A stretch of DNA of 60,930 nt, filler included. It is 14 parts of 14 records of this genome, joined end to end, with 100 filler letters (N's around TTAATTAATTAA, not from the genome) between each part and the next. Parts side by side here need not be neighbours in the genome. Positions count along the whole stretch, not along the records: positions 32,870 to 38,438 come from SRR7504441_18594; positions 38,539 to 44,938 come from SRR7504441_18630; positions 45,039 to 49,277 come from SRR7504441_18637; 11 more parts are not named here. One strand, given 5' to 3'. The notes under the pieces are model-generated. The model ran no database searches and was not told the origin of the DNA. It saw nothing but the letters and a program-made list of their open reading frames with translations. The position numbers were made by a program, and so were the translations under genes. Positions within the stretch are counted from its first letter, which is position 1, and each line of letters starts with the position of its first letter. Positions 34,039 through 47,150 of this stretch are shown piece after piece.

Positions 34039-37000
34039 ATGGCTGAGCAGCGACGGCGGATCCCGCGACCGCCGGCCGTGCACGCAGCGGTCGGCCCCGG
34101 GGTGCAGGCCCGCCGGCCGCCTTCCCGCACGGCTGACACCCCGGACAGGTCTCCCGCCCACGGTCGCCGTCCCCACCAGCCCCGAGCGGCACCGGAGTGG
34201 GCTTGGGGGTTGCCCGGGCGGCGGCAGGCGGTGCGGACCGGCGGTGGGGCGGCCGGCTGACCGGGGGGCAGTTGTTGGGGCCTCTGAGCCGGGGCCTGCC
34301 GTGCTCTGGGAGCAGCCGGGCAGCCAGCCGAGCTACAGGTCTGTCAGCCCAAGCGCCACACCGCGGATTGTGCAGTTCCCGGACAAACTGCCGTTGAATG
34401 CCGTTGACCCGACCTCCATGCACAGCCAGCAGATTCAGGCCCTCCAGACCGACCAGGCCGCCCTCCGCGCGCTGGTGGCCGCGGTGCAACACCAGCAAAG
34501 CCCGTCCGGCCAGTTCAACTCCATCGACACGGACGGCGACGGCGTCATCTCCCGGACCGAGTGGGCGGACCATCAGGCCAAGCAGCTGGCCGTCCACCCG
34601 CAGCCCCCCTGGCGCACCCTGCAGGGCCCCCGGCGGGTTGCTGTTCGGAGCATCGCGCCGATCGGTGCCGGGCTCGTCGTCACGGGGTGTGCCGGGGGCA
34701 CCATCCGAGTGTGGGAGCTCGAAAGCGCCGGATGCCTGGCCGAGCTGCCCGCGCACGCCGGGGGTGTCAACGCGGTGGCTGCTGTGCCCGACGGAGCCAT
34801 CAGCGCCGGAGGCGATCGGCTGATCAGGCGGTGGGAGGTGAGCCGGTCGCCTTGGCGTCTCGAGTGCACCGCCGTCCTGGTCGGGCACGGGGCGGCGGTG
34901 CGCGCGCTGGCCACCGGCTGGGCCCCGCCGCCGATGGGCCCGGGCCGGCGGGAGGCCCAGGCCATTTACTCAGGAGGGAATGATCACCTGGTAATTATTA
35001 TTTATTACTCTCGCTGGCCCGCCTGAGAGCTGAGGGTAGGTCTGCCGCTGGGTGCCGGACAACCAGACATACCGGCCGTCCGTCTGGTTCGCCGGGGCCA
35101 AGGGACCAGTGGCCTCCGTGTGCGTGGCCGGGCCGTCGGTGTTTGGCGGTGCCCGTTCCGGCGGGGCGTGCTGACTTAGCGACGGTGGGGCAGGTTGCGA
35201 GGATAGAGCGGTGTACCAATGGGAGGCCGGGACCGGGCAGCTTGTGCGCGAGTTGCGAGGCCACACCGGCCCGGTGATCGGGCTGGCCATGGTCCCGCCG
35301 CAGGGCGTGGCGTCCGTCTCGCGGGACGGGGCTTGCCTCGAGTGGGAGCCCCAAGGGTCCGTGCGGCTCAGGCGTCAGCACCAGGTGAATTAATTATATA
35401 TATCTTTGAATAGTCGGCGAGCCGGGCGGGCAGGTGGGTGTGAGCGCCGTGTGTGCTGTGTGCGCCGCGGGCCGGGTGATCACCGGACACACGAACGGTG
35501 CCGTGTACGGAGACACTGCTAGCGAGCCTCTACAAGCGCACCATACTGGGGCTGTGACGGCACTGGCGGTCGAAGGCGGGTTGTTGCTTACAGGAGGGGA
35601 CGACGGGAGTGTGCGAGTGTGGCACGAGCCGTTCGATGGATGGGCGGGCGAGCAGGCTGGGGCGGGTCTTGAGGGGAAACTGGAGGAGTTGGAGAGCTCG
35701 AGGGATGAGATGTTTAACCAAATGGTGCAGGTGCTTGCCATAGCACAGACCGTAGCGCGTATATATATATACACGCTGTGTATACAGTGTGAGGTACTGA
35801 CCAGATCGTGTGCAGGCGAAGGTCGAGGCGGAGCAGCTCAGATACCAGCTGCACAAGCTACAGAATCAAGAACGCAGCCCCACCCCGCCCAGGCCCCGCC
35901 CGCCCTCCCCGACCGGCTTCCAGGCCATCGACACCGACCAAGATGGCCAGCTCTCACGCTCCGAGTGGGTTCACAGCCAGCCGCCGGCCAAGGGCGCGGC
36001 CGCGCTCCGGAGTTTCCACAACGCCGATGTCGACGCTGATGGCAAGCTGTCGCCGGAGGAGTATCGGCTGCACCAGACAGGCGGAACGGCCAAGGCGCGG
36101 CTGGGCAGGCTGCGGGACAAGGTGCTGGTGGGGGCTCGTATGGGTCTGTTCGGGAGACAGGCAGCCAATCTGGAGCAGCGGGCAGCGAGCGCCAAGGCCA
36201 GCCTGGCTAAGGTTCGGAATGCGGTGGTGGCGGGTGGGACGCTGGCCCGTTTAGCGCAGCAGACGACTGATCAGTTGGAGCGGACCGAGAAGGCGCAGAA
36301 GGCTTTGAATGGGTTGAGAGAAGGCGTGATGACGAGTGCGAAGCTGATGGCGTTTGCGAGGCACGCCGACCAGCTGGATAAGAGACAGCAGGAGGCTACT
36401 GGGGCGGAGCAGAAGGAGCTGGAGCAGCGGGCGAGTCTGGCCAAGGCTGAGCTGGAGCGGCTCAAGGACAAGGTGCTGGCAGGAGCGCAGGCCCAGTCCG
36501 GGCTCGAGCAGCTGGCTCAGCGGGCTGAGAAGGCGAGGACACAGCTGGCAAAGATGAGAGGCGTCGTGAATACAGCGTTCGACGTGGCGAAATTCAGCGC
36601 TAATCTTGAAGCCAAAGCTGAACAAGCCCGGGAGAGATTGGCACAAATGCGAGACCATTCAGACCAGGAGGCCGATCTCGAGAGGCAGGTGATGGAGCTC
36701 GAGAGGAGGGCGAGCGACGCTAAAGATAGCCTGGAGCGGATGCGGAGCAACGACAACCTCACGCCGTACGCGGTCAAAGGCAGCCAGTGCGGCAGCTTTG
36801 CAGACGAGTGCGAGGAGCTCGAATTGCGCGCGAGCGAGGCTCGTCAGCAGCTCCAAAAGATCCGGAGCTCGAGACCGTGGTTTGTCGGGAACGAGCCGAC
36901 GCTGGATGAGTACATGGAGGAGGTGCGCGACGTCGAGGCCGGGTTAGAGCGGCTGCGTGAGATCGAGGCGGATGCTCGCAGGGCGTTCGAGGAGGCTCAA

Positions 37001-38081
37001 GCTACTGAGGCTGAGCTGGAGCGAGTGATGAAGGAGACCAACGCTGAGCTTGAGAAGGCAGGAAAGCAGCCCCTCCCAGCCCAAGAGCCACTCCCGCCCT
37101 GGCTGGGAGGTCCTGAGACTCCGTTATTTGCGGCCCAGAACGAGAACACTCAACTGCAGCACGAGATTGAGGAGCGTGACCGCGAGATCGAACGGCTCCG
37201 CGCGCTGCTCAACAAATCGGCCAGCCCCGAGCCAGCACCGGAGCCGCCGGCGCCGTGGTTCAAGAATGCGCCTGTTGACAAGCCATCTCAGGGTGAGAGG
37301 GCGCTGGGCCGGCTGAGGGAGAAGGTGGTGGGGGCCGCTGAAGCCCAGAACGCGCTGCGTCAGGCGGCGTCGTATGAGAAGCAAGTGGAGGTGTTCAACG
37401 ATGGACTGAGGCGGATGATGGACCAGGCGGACGGACAGCACGACGAGCAGCTTAGTGAGATGGAACAGCGGCTGGAGGAAGCTGACCAGCGCGAGCGCGG
37501 GCTAGAGGTCGAGATTAGCAGCCTGATGCGGCTCAAGGATTCGCTGGCGGCCCAGCTGATCGATGCCAAGGAGGAGATAGACGAGCTGAAGGAGCAGGGA
37601 CCGCCAGCCGCTCCGGCGGCTCCGGTCAGCTCGAGCGGCGACGCAAGTAAGGACGAGTTGGAAGCCAAGCTTGCAGCGGTGGCTATATGATTATTGTGGT
37701 TCGGGCCTGACTTGTGCGGCAGCTGCAAGAGAGTTATGAGAACCTCAAAGGGGCTTCAACCAGGCAGATTTCCACAATGGCAAACAATAATCGGTGAGGA
37801 CTTTGCTGTTAGCTGGGCTGATCCTGGCGCCTCCAGGAGCGAACGAGAGAAGAATGTCAATTTAGCGCAACAAGTTGAAGACCTTGAAGGTGCGCATGCA
37901 TGAATAGCTGGCGGCTCAGTGCGGTGCAGGCCGGAACACGGAGCTCAGGGGCACGCTGGAAAAAATGATGCGCGACCCGAAACTCGCCCAGACGACCTCT
38001 GTGGGCGCGGGGCAAGCCACTCAGGACAAGCCCAACGACAGCCCGTCGCCGCTGCGCGGGGCTCAATCAGTGTGGATGTGA
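34039..38081 (+). CDS. Large EF-hand + WD40 + coiled-coil protein, multi-exon
   Basis: EF loops DTDGDGVISRTE, DTDQDGQLSRSE, DVDADGKLSPEE; WD40 repeats (GTIRVWE, LVGHGAAVRAL, LRGHTGPV, TGGDDGSVRVW); long coiled coil; linked by short introns. Confidence 0.7.
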
Positions 38082-38538
38082 GCTTTGTGCTCGATGGCCT
38101 TGAAACGAATAGATAACATAGAATTGAAGAAGATGAATACAATGAGATTGTCATCATGAATTTATCATGAATTAATTCTAGATACAAGTCATGTACAATG
38201 TTCAATTAGTTTGAATTCGAACTGGTGCCCCGCCGCACACTCCGACCCGGGGCTGGATGCCGCGCCCATGCTACCCCGCTGCCCCCGGGGCTCTTTCGCT
38301 ACTCTTTCGCACAGGAGATCGAGACGAGGAGAACCCTCGACCAAGTAGCGCTCAATCTAGCTGCCGACGGTCCGACGGCCCCGCTGCAACAACCGGGCGA
38401 TCGCCCTTTGCGTCATCCCCCGCCAGTACATGAACACCNNNNNNNNNNNNNNNNNNNNNNNNNNNNNNNNNNNNNNNNNNNNTTAATTAATTAANNNNNN
38501 NNNNNNNNNNNNNNNNNNNNNNNNNNNNNNNNNNNNNN

Positions 38539-41500
38539 TAGCTTGGAGACGTCGGTGAGTAGCTTGGGGAGGAAGGAGACACCCCACCAGGAGACGCTGG
38601 ATTGTAAAATCCACCGGGCGATCCAGGCGAGAACCCTGCATCATACCCGCCTGGGGAACCTGGAGAGAACGAGCCACCGGGCGAGCCCACTGGAGAGAAG
38701 CCTGGGGAAAACATGGGCGAGAACCCTCCTTGAGGCATCCAAGGGCTGTCACCAGTTGTTGGTGTCATGCCAGGGTCCATGTATGGAGTGCCCGGGGTTG
38801 CCCCAGGCTGCCCAGGGAATGAGCCACCGCCAAACCCGAAGCCTCCAGGGTCCTGAGGCTCGTCAGGCTCTTCGCGCTCCATTAGCATTGCTTCGTGCAA
38901 AGTCATGTCGAATACGCCGGTGCCCATTGGGGCCAACTGCCCGAGCATAACCCTTTCAGTGACACCCTTGAGCGTGTCACACATTGAATGTGCACCGGCC
39001 TCGAAAAGAATCTCCACAGTCTCTTCAAAGGAGCACCGTTGCAGCGGACCATTGTCAGTCCTGTTGATTCCGTGCCGCGTGATTGCAGTCAGATAGCCTC
39101 TGAAGGTCATAACGTCGACCAGCAGCGCCACGTGACGGTGATTCACGTAGCTTCCACCTCCAGACAGCACCGTATTGAGCTCGTGCAGCAGCGCTGCCCG
39201 AACCGCTTCGATTCCCATTGTCACGCAAATCTCCACTATGTCGTTTGAAGTCGTCCTCTGAGCGTCTACCTCTGGCTCTGAGAGCACCTGGAGCAGGTTT
39301 ACCCCTTCAGTCACAAGCACCCACTCGTTGGAGCTGCTGAACCCACCAGTCGCTTCGTTTGACTGCACCAATTTCTCTTGCGACATAAACACCTTGTCGA
39401 TCCCTGGAATCCCTGAGAGCGTCGTATTGATCAACAGCTCATTTTCCAATTTTAACAAGAACGTCTGATCGTCCTCTGCATCGTCGCCTTCTTCCGGTTG
39501 CAGGTCTGTAGAGTCCTGCCGGATCCTTACCTGGAGGACGAGTTTGTCTGCATTATCGTCTGACCAGATGACGTGCAAGTCATCATCAAAGTCTTTGATG
39601 ATTGCATCAGCAATCTTCTGCATGTCTAATATCTCGGACTTGTCCGCAAACGCCTGGTTGTCAATCTCGATCCTGAGCATCCACGGCGAGACCTTCTGTA
39701 AGTCCTCCTCGTCAAGGTAAAAGTGCGTCTCGACTAGCTCGCGATCCTCCTCAACCACAGTGTTGAGTGGGTCAGGATCGTAGTAGATCTCGGTCGAGCG
39801 CGTGAGCGAGCGCAGCGTCGTAAACTCGAGCTTGGATTGCACCTCCTTAGCTGCGTTCTGATCATCTCGTAGGTTGCGCTCTTCTGCATCCTCAGAGGCC
39901 TTGAATTTGTCTTTCAGGTAGATAGTGAGCTGTGGTGTGCGTGTGCGCTTGGCAATGTTTATGATCTCCTTGAGCCGAGGCACGCCAGCAGTGCCACCCC
40001 GTGCTCCGGAGAAACCAGCAAGGTGAAATGTGTTGAGTGTCATCTGTGTGGCTGGCTCGCCAATTGCTTGAGCCCCGATAGCGCCTACCATCTCCCCTGG
40101 CGCCACAATTGCCCTATTGAATCGCATCTCTATCTCGCCCAGGATGGATGTGAAAGCGTCTTTGCTCAGCCTGTGCTCTTTCAACACCTTGGTTGAGGCT
40201 AAGGCTGCGTACACACCACACTGAAAGTTCAATGTTGCATTGGCCTGAGCTTGCTTGGACAGGTCGTCATCTCCCGGAATCACCACCAGCCGCTCCACCA
40301 GCTGCTGCACTTCATTGATGATCTCAATTGGACTCAAATCTGACACGGCGTCGGCCTGAATTCCAAACTGCTTCTTGCCGTTGGTAATCATTCTGCCTAA
40401 ATTGACTGGAAGGAACATATTGTCTTCACCAATCCTTCGGGTTCCCGCAATCCCAACCAGTGAGTTCCGAAGCGAATGCCGGCACTGCTTTAGATTCTCA
40501 AACTCCTCTTCTAGTTTCTCGGCAAGTGCAGGCTCGGCCGCCAACTGCTCAAGCACCTCCGGGGTGAGGAGCTGGCTGGCTGGCTGGCCCTGGAGCTGAG
40601 AGACTTCAAACCTGTACTCGGCCTCGAACTTGGCGTCTGTTTGCTTGATCAGAGGCACCTTCTGGCCTTCGACATGCGACGCGTCCAGCCCGTCCTCGCC
40701 ATAAATAAACTGAACCACCTCTCCGAGTGAGTTCCGCACTGTCCCATCGTAACATGCTGTCACGTCCTCCATAGCCTTGACCAAACGCCGCTGGATGTAT
40801 CCAGTCTCTGCGGTCTTGACTGCGGTGTCGACAAGACCCTCACGCCCACCCATGGCGTGGAAGAACACCTCTTGAGGAGTAAGGCCTCGCAAGTAGGAAT
40901 TCTCCACAAATCCGCGGCTCTCTGGCCCAAAGTCGTTCTTGGCAAAGTGAGGGAGTGTGCGGTCCTTGAACCCATAGGGCATCCGCTGGCCCTCAACGTT
41001 CTGTTGGCCGACACAGGCTGACATCTGGGAGATGTTGATGTGGGAGCCTTTGGAGCCTGAGTTCACCATCGCGAGGACGTTGTTGTTGGCGTGCAGAGAG
41101 TTTTTGGCCAGCTTACCTGACTCCTGCACCGCTGCGTTCAAGTCCTTGTTCACGTAAGCTTCAAACGTTGCCAGCAAGGACAAGCCGGGCTCGCGAATCA
41201 TCGCGCCCTTTTGGGCGTTCTGGACATGGACCTTCACCTTCTCCTTGGCATCGTTGATCGACTTTGAAATCCGGGTGATCGTGTTAGCGTCAGGAATCAT
41301 GTCAGCGACGCCGACTGTAAAGCTAGTCTGGAGGATCCACTGGTTCATCACCAATTGCACGTGGTTGAGGAACATCTTGGCCGCCTCCGGTCCGAAATCC
41401 TTCCACAGCACATGCACCACCCCACCCTGAGACGAACCAATGTTCTTTTTGTCTATGATTCCGCACAGCAGCTCGCCTTGCTCTATGTGTACCCTCGTAT

Positions 41501-43394
41501 CCCGTGGTGAGTTCCACTTGTCCATCGACTTATCCTCGGCGTCGTCGTGGTCATTGGACACCCTCGACAAGTTGATCTCATGAGGAATCAACAGAGAGAA
41601 AATCTGCTTGCCCGTCCATAGCTCTTGCGGCTTAAGAATTGCCGGTTTGGGAAGCACGCCGTCCCAGCCTGGCAGCCACATGAGCATGTGCATGACCAGC
41701 GCGCGATCCACAAAGCATGAGCGGAGCGTGAACTTGCGTGAACCCATCAGGGTGTCCTGGATAATGCCCATCACTGGCTTGTTCGCCTGAGGGCTCACGA
41801 TCTGGCGCGGCGAGAGCATAATCTGCTGGACCTCTGCCCGTGTCAGGTGCGACTGTGGCACGTGCATATTCATCTCGTCCCCGTCAAAGTCAGCGTTGTA
41901 CGGCGAAGTGCAGCTCAAATTGAGCCTAAAGGTTGAGTAAGGCAGAATGCGGACTTTGTGGCCCATCAACGACATCTTGTGCAGCGACGGCTGCCGGTTG
42001 AACATAATGTAGTCGCCCGTCACGATGTGCCGCTCTACCTTGTATCCGGGCCGCACGTCTAGGTCCGAAGGTCGCTTGACGAATCTCACGTCGATCCTCG
42101 TGCCGTCGTCCCGGATAATGTATTTAGCTCCAGGGTGCTCGGATGGGTTCTGGACCAGTTTGCGCATTCGCTCCAGGTTGAACGGAGTGACCACCTCAGG
42201 GTATGTCAGGTTGACCGCCATGCTCTTCGGCACCCCGACCTCGTCGATCGACAGGATAGGGTCCGGCGTGATCACCGACCGCGCTGTGAAGTCGAGCCGT
42301 TTGCCCATCAAGTTGCCTCGAATCCGGCCTTGTTTGCCCTTGAGCCTTTGACGCACCGATTTGAGCGGCTTCCCAGACCGCTGCTGCGCCTGCGGCAGCC
42401 CCGAGACCTCGTTGTCAGTGAACGTGGCGCAGTGGTACTGCAGCAACTGAATGAATTCCGACAGGATGTGACTGGGCGCTCCCACGTCTGTCTGCTGCTT
42501 CAGCTTGGCGTTCGCCTTGCAAATCTCGTGCAGCTTGTGGGTCAGATCGTCCCGCCCGGACATCATCGAGTCCATCTGAATCGCAGGTCGGACCGGCGGC
42601 GGCGGCACAGGGAACACAGTGAGAATGAACCACTCTGGCCGCGCCCACTTTGGATCCAGACCGAGCTTCACGCAGTCGGCGTCGGAGATCGCCGCCAGGA
42701 TTTTATATGCCTGATCAGCTGACAGCTCCTTGGCCCTGTCCAGGTCCTCCAATTCTTTGATCCTCCAGGTGGTCGTCACTTTCAGATCGACCTTCCTGTA
42801 CTGCGGCTGTGGCCGGCCGCACCCGCCGTGCCCCACGCCGGCCTCGGCCCCAGCGATCTCGTCCCCGCCAGCGCACGTGTGCTTGGGTCGACAGCAGTCG
42901 AGGACCCTTTTGAATCTGTCCTTGGGCCGCTTGGCCTTCAGAGCTTCGCGGAATTTGGGGTCGTTCTCTTCGTCGCAGAGGATTTTGGAGCAGTGGTAGC
43001 AGACACACCGAAGCAGCTTCAGCACCGTATCCAACAGCCCGATGTTGTACACCTAACGCGAAGTCAGCGCACGCGGCCCATCTACTAGCCCAGGCTACAG
43101 CGCGGTGCAGGGAGGGTTGGCTACCGGCTGGGCGAGCTCGATGTGCCCAAAGTGGCCCGGGCACTCCTGCATCCCACCCCCGCACGACTGGCACTTGTAG
43201 AACCGGTCGCAGGTCCCCATCCGCGGATCGTCCAGCCCTCCGGGGATCGGCCGCCCCCGGTCGAAGCTCTCCGGCCGGGTGACTTCGCAGACCGACATGT
43301 CGCGGATGGCGTCGGGCGAGAGGATGCCAAACTGGACATGCTTCACCCGGCCCCGCTCCGCCTTGGACTTGTTCCCGCCCCCCCCGGCGAACAT
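38539..43394 (-). CDS. RPB1: RNA polymerase II largest subunit; CTD truncated by the contig end
   Basis: [10 protein letters not shown] active site, [10 protein letters not shown], bridge helix [22 protein letters not shown], start of YSPTSPS heptads; one intron 43053-43124. Confidence 0.98.
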
Positions 43395-43537
43395 GGCTGC
43401 GGCTACAGCTACGCGAGTAGCATACCAGCGCCGGAGGCTAGCTGAACGCCAGCAACGGATTCAGCTGGATGCAGAAGGCCCATCGGATGGGATTGAGGCG
43501 TGCAGCCTGATTGTGATTGTGCGCTGGTTTCGCTGCG

Positions 43538-44898
43538 ATGCCGCTGTCTGAGCTGATCGAGGCGCTCACGCCGCGGAGCCGGCGGCAGCGAGATGGGTAC
43601 CAGCCGCTTGAGTCGGCCGGCGACACCTCTGGCCCGTCGGATCACCAGCTGGTCAGCGACCGCAGCTCGGGCACCCTGCCGTCCTCCGGCTCCACCCCCC
43701 ACGATGAAGCGGCACCCCCTGAAGACGGTTGCCACCCAGGGCAGGCTATCGACTCACTGGGGGGACAGCCGAGCTGCCCACGCCGCGCAGTCGTGGGCTC
43801 GACACACTCCAGCTGGTGCTGCCCCCTCCCCTGCGGTGGCCTGAATGCGAGGACCAGGCCCGGCAGCGGCGAAGCAAAATCAAGCAGCGCCGATTGAGGG
43901 ACGTGGCAGAGGTGGGGCTGCCCGACTCGGCGCGGCCGGTCCACCAGATGGCTACCGAGATGGCGTCGCTGCTCTGCCCCTCGGAACAGCACCGGCCAGC
44001 CGCGCGAATCCAGCCTGCAGGCGAGGCGCACAGCCATAGCGAGATGGCGCGGGTGATCCAGTCCCGGCACGAGTACATAGTGAAGCAAGGGCTGTCGACA
44101 CTCGAGTCCGACCAGCCTGAGTGGGGAGAGAGGGACCTGGCTCGAGTCAAGTGCAATCTGCTGGTGGCCGGCAGCCCATGGGGGCTCGAGAGCTGGATCA
44201 AGATCCGCGAGGGGCTCAGTAAGGCCAAGCCGCGGGCAATCGTGCACGCGGTGGCTAATTGGCTGCCCATAACTGTGAGTGAAGTGCATGCGGCGCTCTC
44301 GACTCACCGGGATGATTCGCCATACGAGTTGCTGTGCCGGCTGATTCGGCAGCGTGGGGGGGATGTGTATGAGGGCAGCATGCCAGCGGCGCAAGGGAGC
44401 AAAATCTGGGTGGACGGAGCCAGACTTTGGCAAGAGTACGAACAGCACTGCTCCGTGCACAGGCGGTGGCTGACTGTGCTGCAAGTGAAGGAGCAGCTGC
44501 TGCAGCTCACTGGCACCCCGATTCAGCACCAGGAGCTCAGCTACAACGGGCACGTGCTAGACGACTGCTGGCTGCTGGCAGACGTGGTGTCGGGGGACTT
44601 GCTCAGCTACCTGCTGATGCGGGAGCGGCCAGAGGTGCTCAATCTGCTCCAGGGTCTGTATCTCAAGCACGCGATAGCCTTTGAGGATTTAGACCTGGCG
44701 GTCCGGGACGACATCGAGCAAGACGGGCTCGAAGCTTGTGGGTTGTTGGATGAGGACGATCCCGACAATGATCATGATCTGCGAGGCGTGCACAAGGAGC
44801 TTGACAGGTACATTGAAACCCTAATCCAAGGAGAAAACCCGGCCAGCTTCGAAGACAACGTGCGTGAGATGCACTGGATGGCGAAGCTGCGCCGGTGA
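43538..44898 (+). CDS. Uncharacterised protein with a ubiquitin-like segment
   Basis: Intron 43728-43768 joins two ORFs; TVLQVKEQLLQLTGTPIQHQELSYNGHVLDD matches the UBL consensus. Confidence 0.6.
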
Positions 44899-45038
44899 GT
44901 CCCCGATCTGTTGCCTGAGGGCGACAGAGCCCTAGAAGNNNNNNNNNNNNNNNNNNNNNNNNNNNNNNNNNNNNNNNNNNNNTTAATTAATTAANNNNNN
45001 NNNNNNNNNNNNNNNNNNNNNNNNNNNNNNNNNNNNNN

Positions 45039-47025
45039 CTGCTCTGCAGCATGCAGCTTCGCCTCCAGCGCATTCCTTCGCTCCATAGACTCTGCCAGCT
45101 GTCCTTCCAGCGATTCAACCTCTTCACTCCACTCAGTGCGCATCGCATCCAACTCTGCCTCAAGACCACTCACCACCTCAGCATGCTCCAGCTCGTCTTC
45201 CGCCCGAGCCGGGCTAGCTGACCCTCCAGGCTTCTGGCTCGGGGCGCATGCCCCAGCCAGAGCTGCGAGGCGATCGTGCCTGGCTTGGATAGCATCATGC
45301 TCAGCGCTCGGCTCGCCGTCCATGGATTTGAGCTCAGCCTGTAGTACATCGCGCTCCGCTGCAATAGCCCGAATCGCCACAGCCAGCTGGGCTGGGTCGA
45401 CGCCAGTGCCACTTGATAGGCCCGTGTGGGTTGCCAGCCTCTGTTCAGATTCATTGGACCTGAGCCAGAGGTTGGCAAGCCACTCTGGCCTATCGAGTGA
45501 CAACTGACGGCGCCACTCCCAGATTGCAGCCCCTGTCAGCCCGCGCATGATTGCGGTGAACGCCCACCTCAGCTGTCGCATGGCACCTGCCAACGCCTCA
45601 GGTGATGCAAGGGCAACCGACTCACTCGATCGACTTTCCACCTTGACAGCCTGTTGCAACGTCGTGCTGACGGTGCAATGCTGCAACGCATCTTCGCGCA
45701 AGGCATCCTGTTCACGCCTGGCGTCGGCAGCCGAATCTATCGCGCTCTCCAACTGACGAGATATCCGAATCAGCTCACCCTTTGTCTCACGGCCGGCCAC
45801 TTCTTTGCCCACTGCAAAAGAAAGCTTGGCCACCATATCTTTGTACGCCTCATTCCGCCAGGTCCAGATGGCCACCCAGGCCTTCTTCTCGTACAAGGTC
45901 TGTAGCACCCACTGCAGCTGCCGGGCCGCATACTTGTTCATGTGCAATGTCGTGAAGAACAGCCGCGCCTCCTGCACAGACTGCTTCTCCTGCTCCTCGG
46001 CTCGCTGTGACACCCACTCCACCTGAAAACGGCAGGCTGAGCTCAGCGCCAGGATGCTTAGATGGGCGGCGGCAGCGCGTGCAAATTGATCATCGCGCCT
46101 CAGAGCGGAGCATGCTCACCTGGAGTTGCCGCAAGCTCTTCAGCTTGTCTCGATTCCTCACACAAGCCGCGCAGCCGCCCTGGGCCGAACTCCTGGGTGT
46201 CTCTGCACGTGGGCCGGTCAGAGGCTGGCCCGGGCAGTGTGCAAGCACCCATCTCCTCGAGCGCATCTTGGAGCCGATTCAGTTGTAGTTCGTGCTCCTT
46301 GTTGAGCGCTTCTATAGTGCGAAGCGCCTCCAGCTTGTCGTCCTGCTCCCGCTCCAGCTCGAGCTCCAGCCAGACCACCCTATCGGCTGGGTCGTCCCCG
46401 GACTCTGGCTTGGCCTGCACCCGCAGTGACGGGCTCGCCAGCGCCAGGCGGCGCCTGCTGGTGCAACTGAGCTCGGATGTCGTCGTGGATCCGGAGCGCC
46501 TGCTGCTCGGCCTCGAGCAGGTGCTCGTAGGTCACTCTCGGGATCGATATGATCTCGCCGTCGCCCTGCCCACCGCTGGCGCCCTCCTGACCCGGCAATC
46601 ACCTCTGCCGGGGCGGGCAGATCTGCGGAGCTGGCCTCGGGGATCCGGAGGTGTGCGATCTACCCGGCCGCTGAGCCCGTCCCCACCGGGGCGGGGGGCA
46701 CCCAAGGCTGGGCGTGGTCCAGGTTTGGCCAGTTGAGCTCCCATTTGGTCTTGTCCCGGGTGCACACCGCGAACAGCGCCGGCCACTTGGGGGCTTGATC
46801 CACCGACACCAGCTGGTCCAGCAGCAGCTCCCGGGCTGGCGGCTCCCCCCGGTCGAACTCGGCCTGCTGCTCGTACCACAGCAGTTTCTCCGAGGTCAGC
46901 ACTAGGAACCTGCCCGCCGCGTCGGCCCAGCTCCGGAGAGCGCCGGACCGCTCTTTGAAACGGGAGAAGAACCCGTGGCGGGCCTGGACCCGGCCGCTGT
47001 AAACGACCGCTTCCGGAGGCTCCAT
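45039..47025 (-). CDS. PH-domain + coiled-coil protein, 3'-truncated
   Basis: PH motifs RSWADAAGRFLVLTSEKLLWYE...FAVCTRDKTKWELN; coiled coils; short introns including GC-AG 46415-46454. Confidence 0.65.
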
Positions 47026-47150
47026 CGTGCACTGCTAGCCCGGAGGCTCCTCCGCTCGCCTCATCTCAGGCCGTCTGGTTGGTGCATGGAAAACTCTGCG
47101 TCGTCTGCCGTTTGGCTGCAAATCTTTCCGTTGGAGACAAGCTACGAGAG

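Noticed and set aside
38539-38620. Apparently very short RPB1 CTD
   Set aside because: The contig ends inside the heptads, so CTD length cannot be judged
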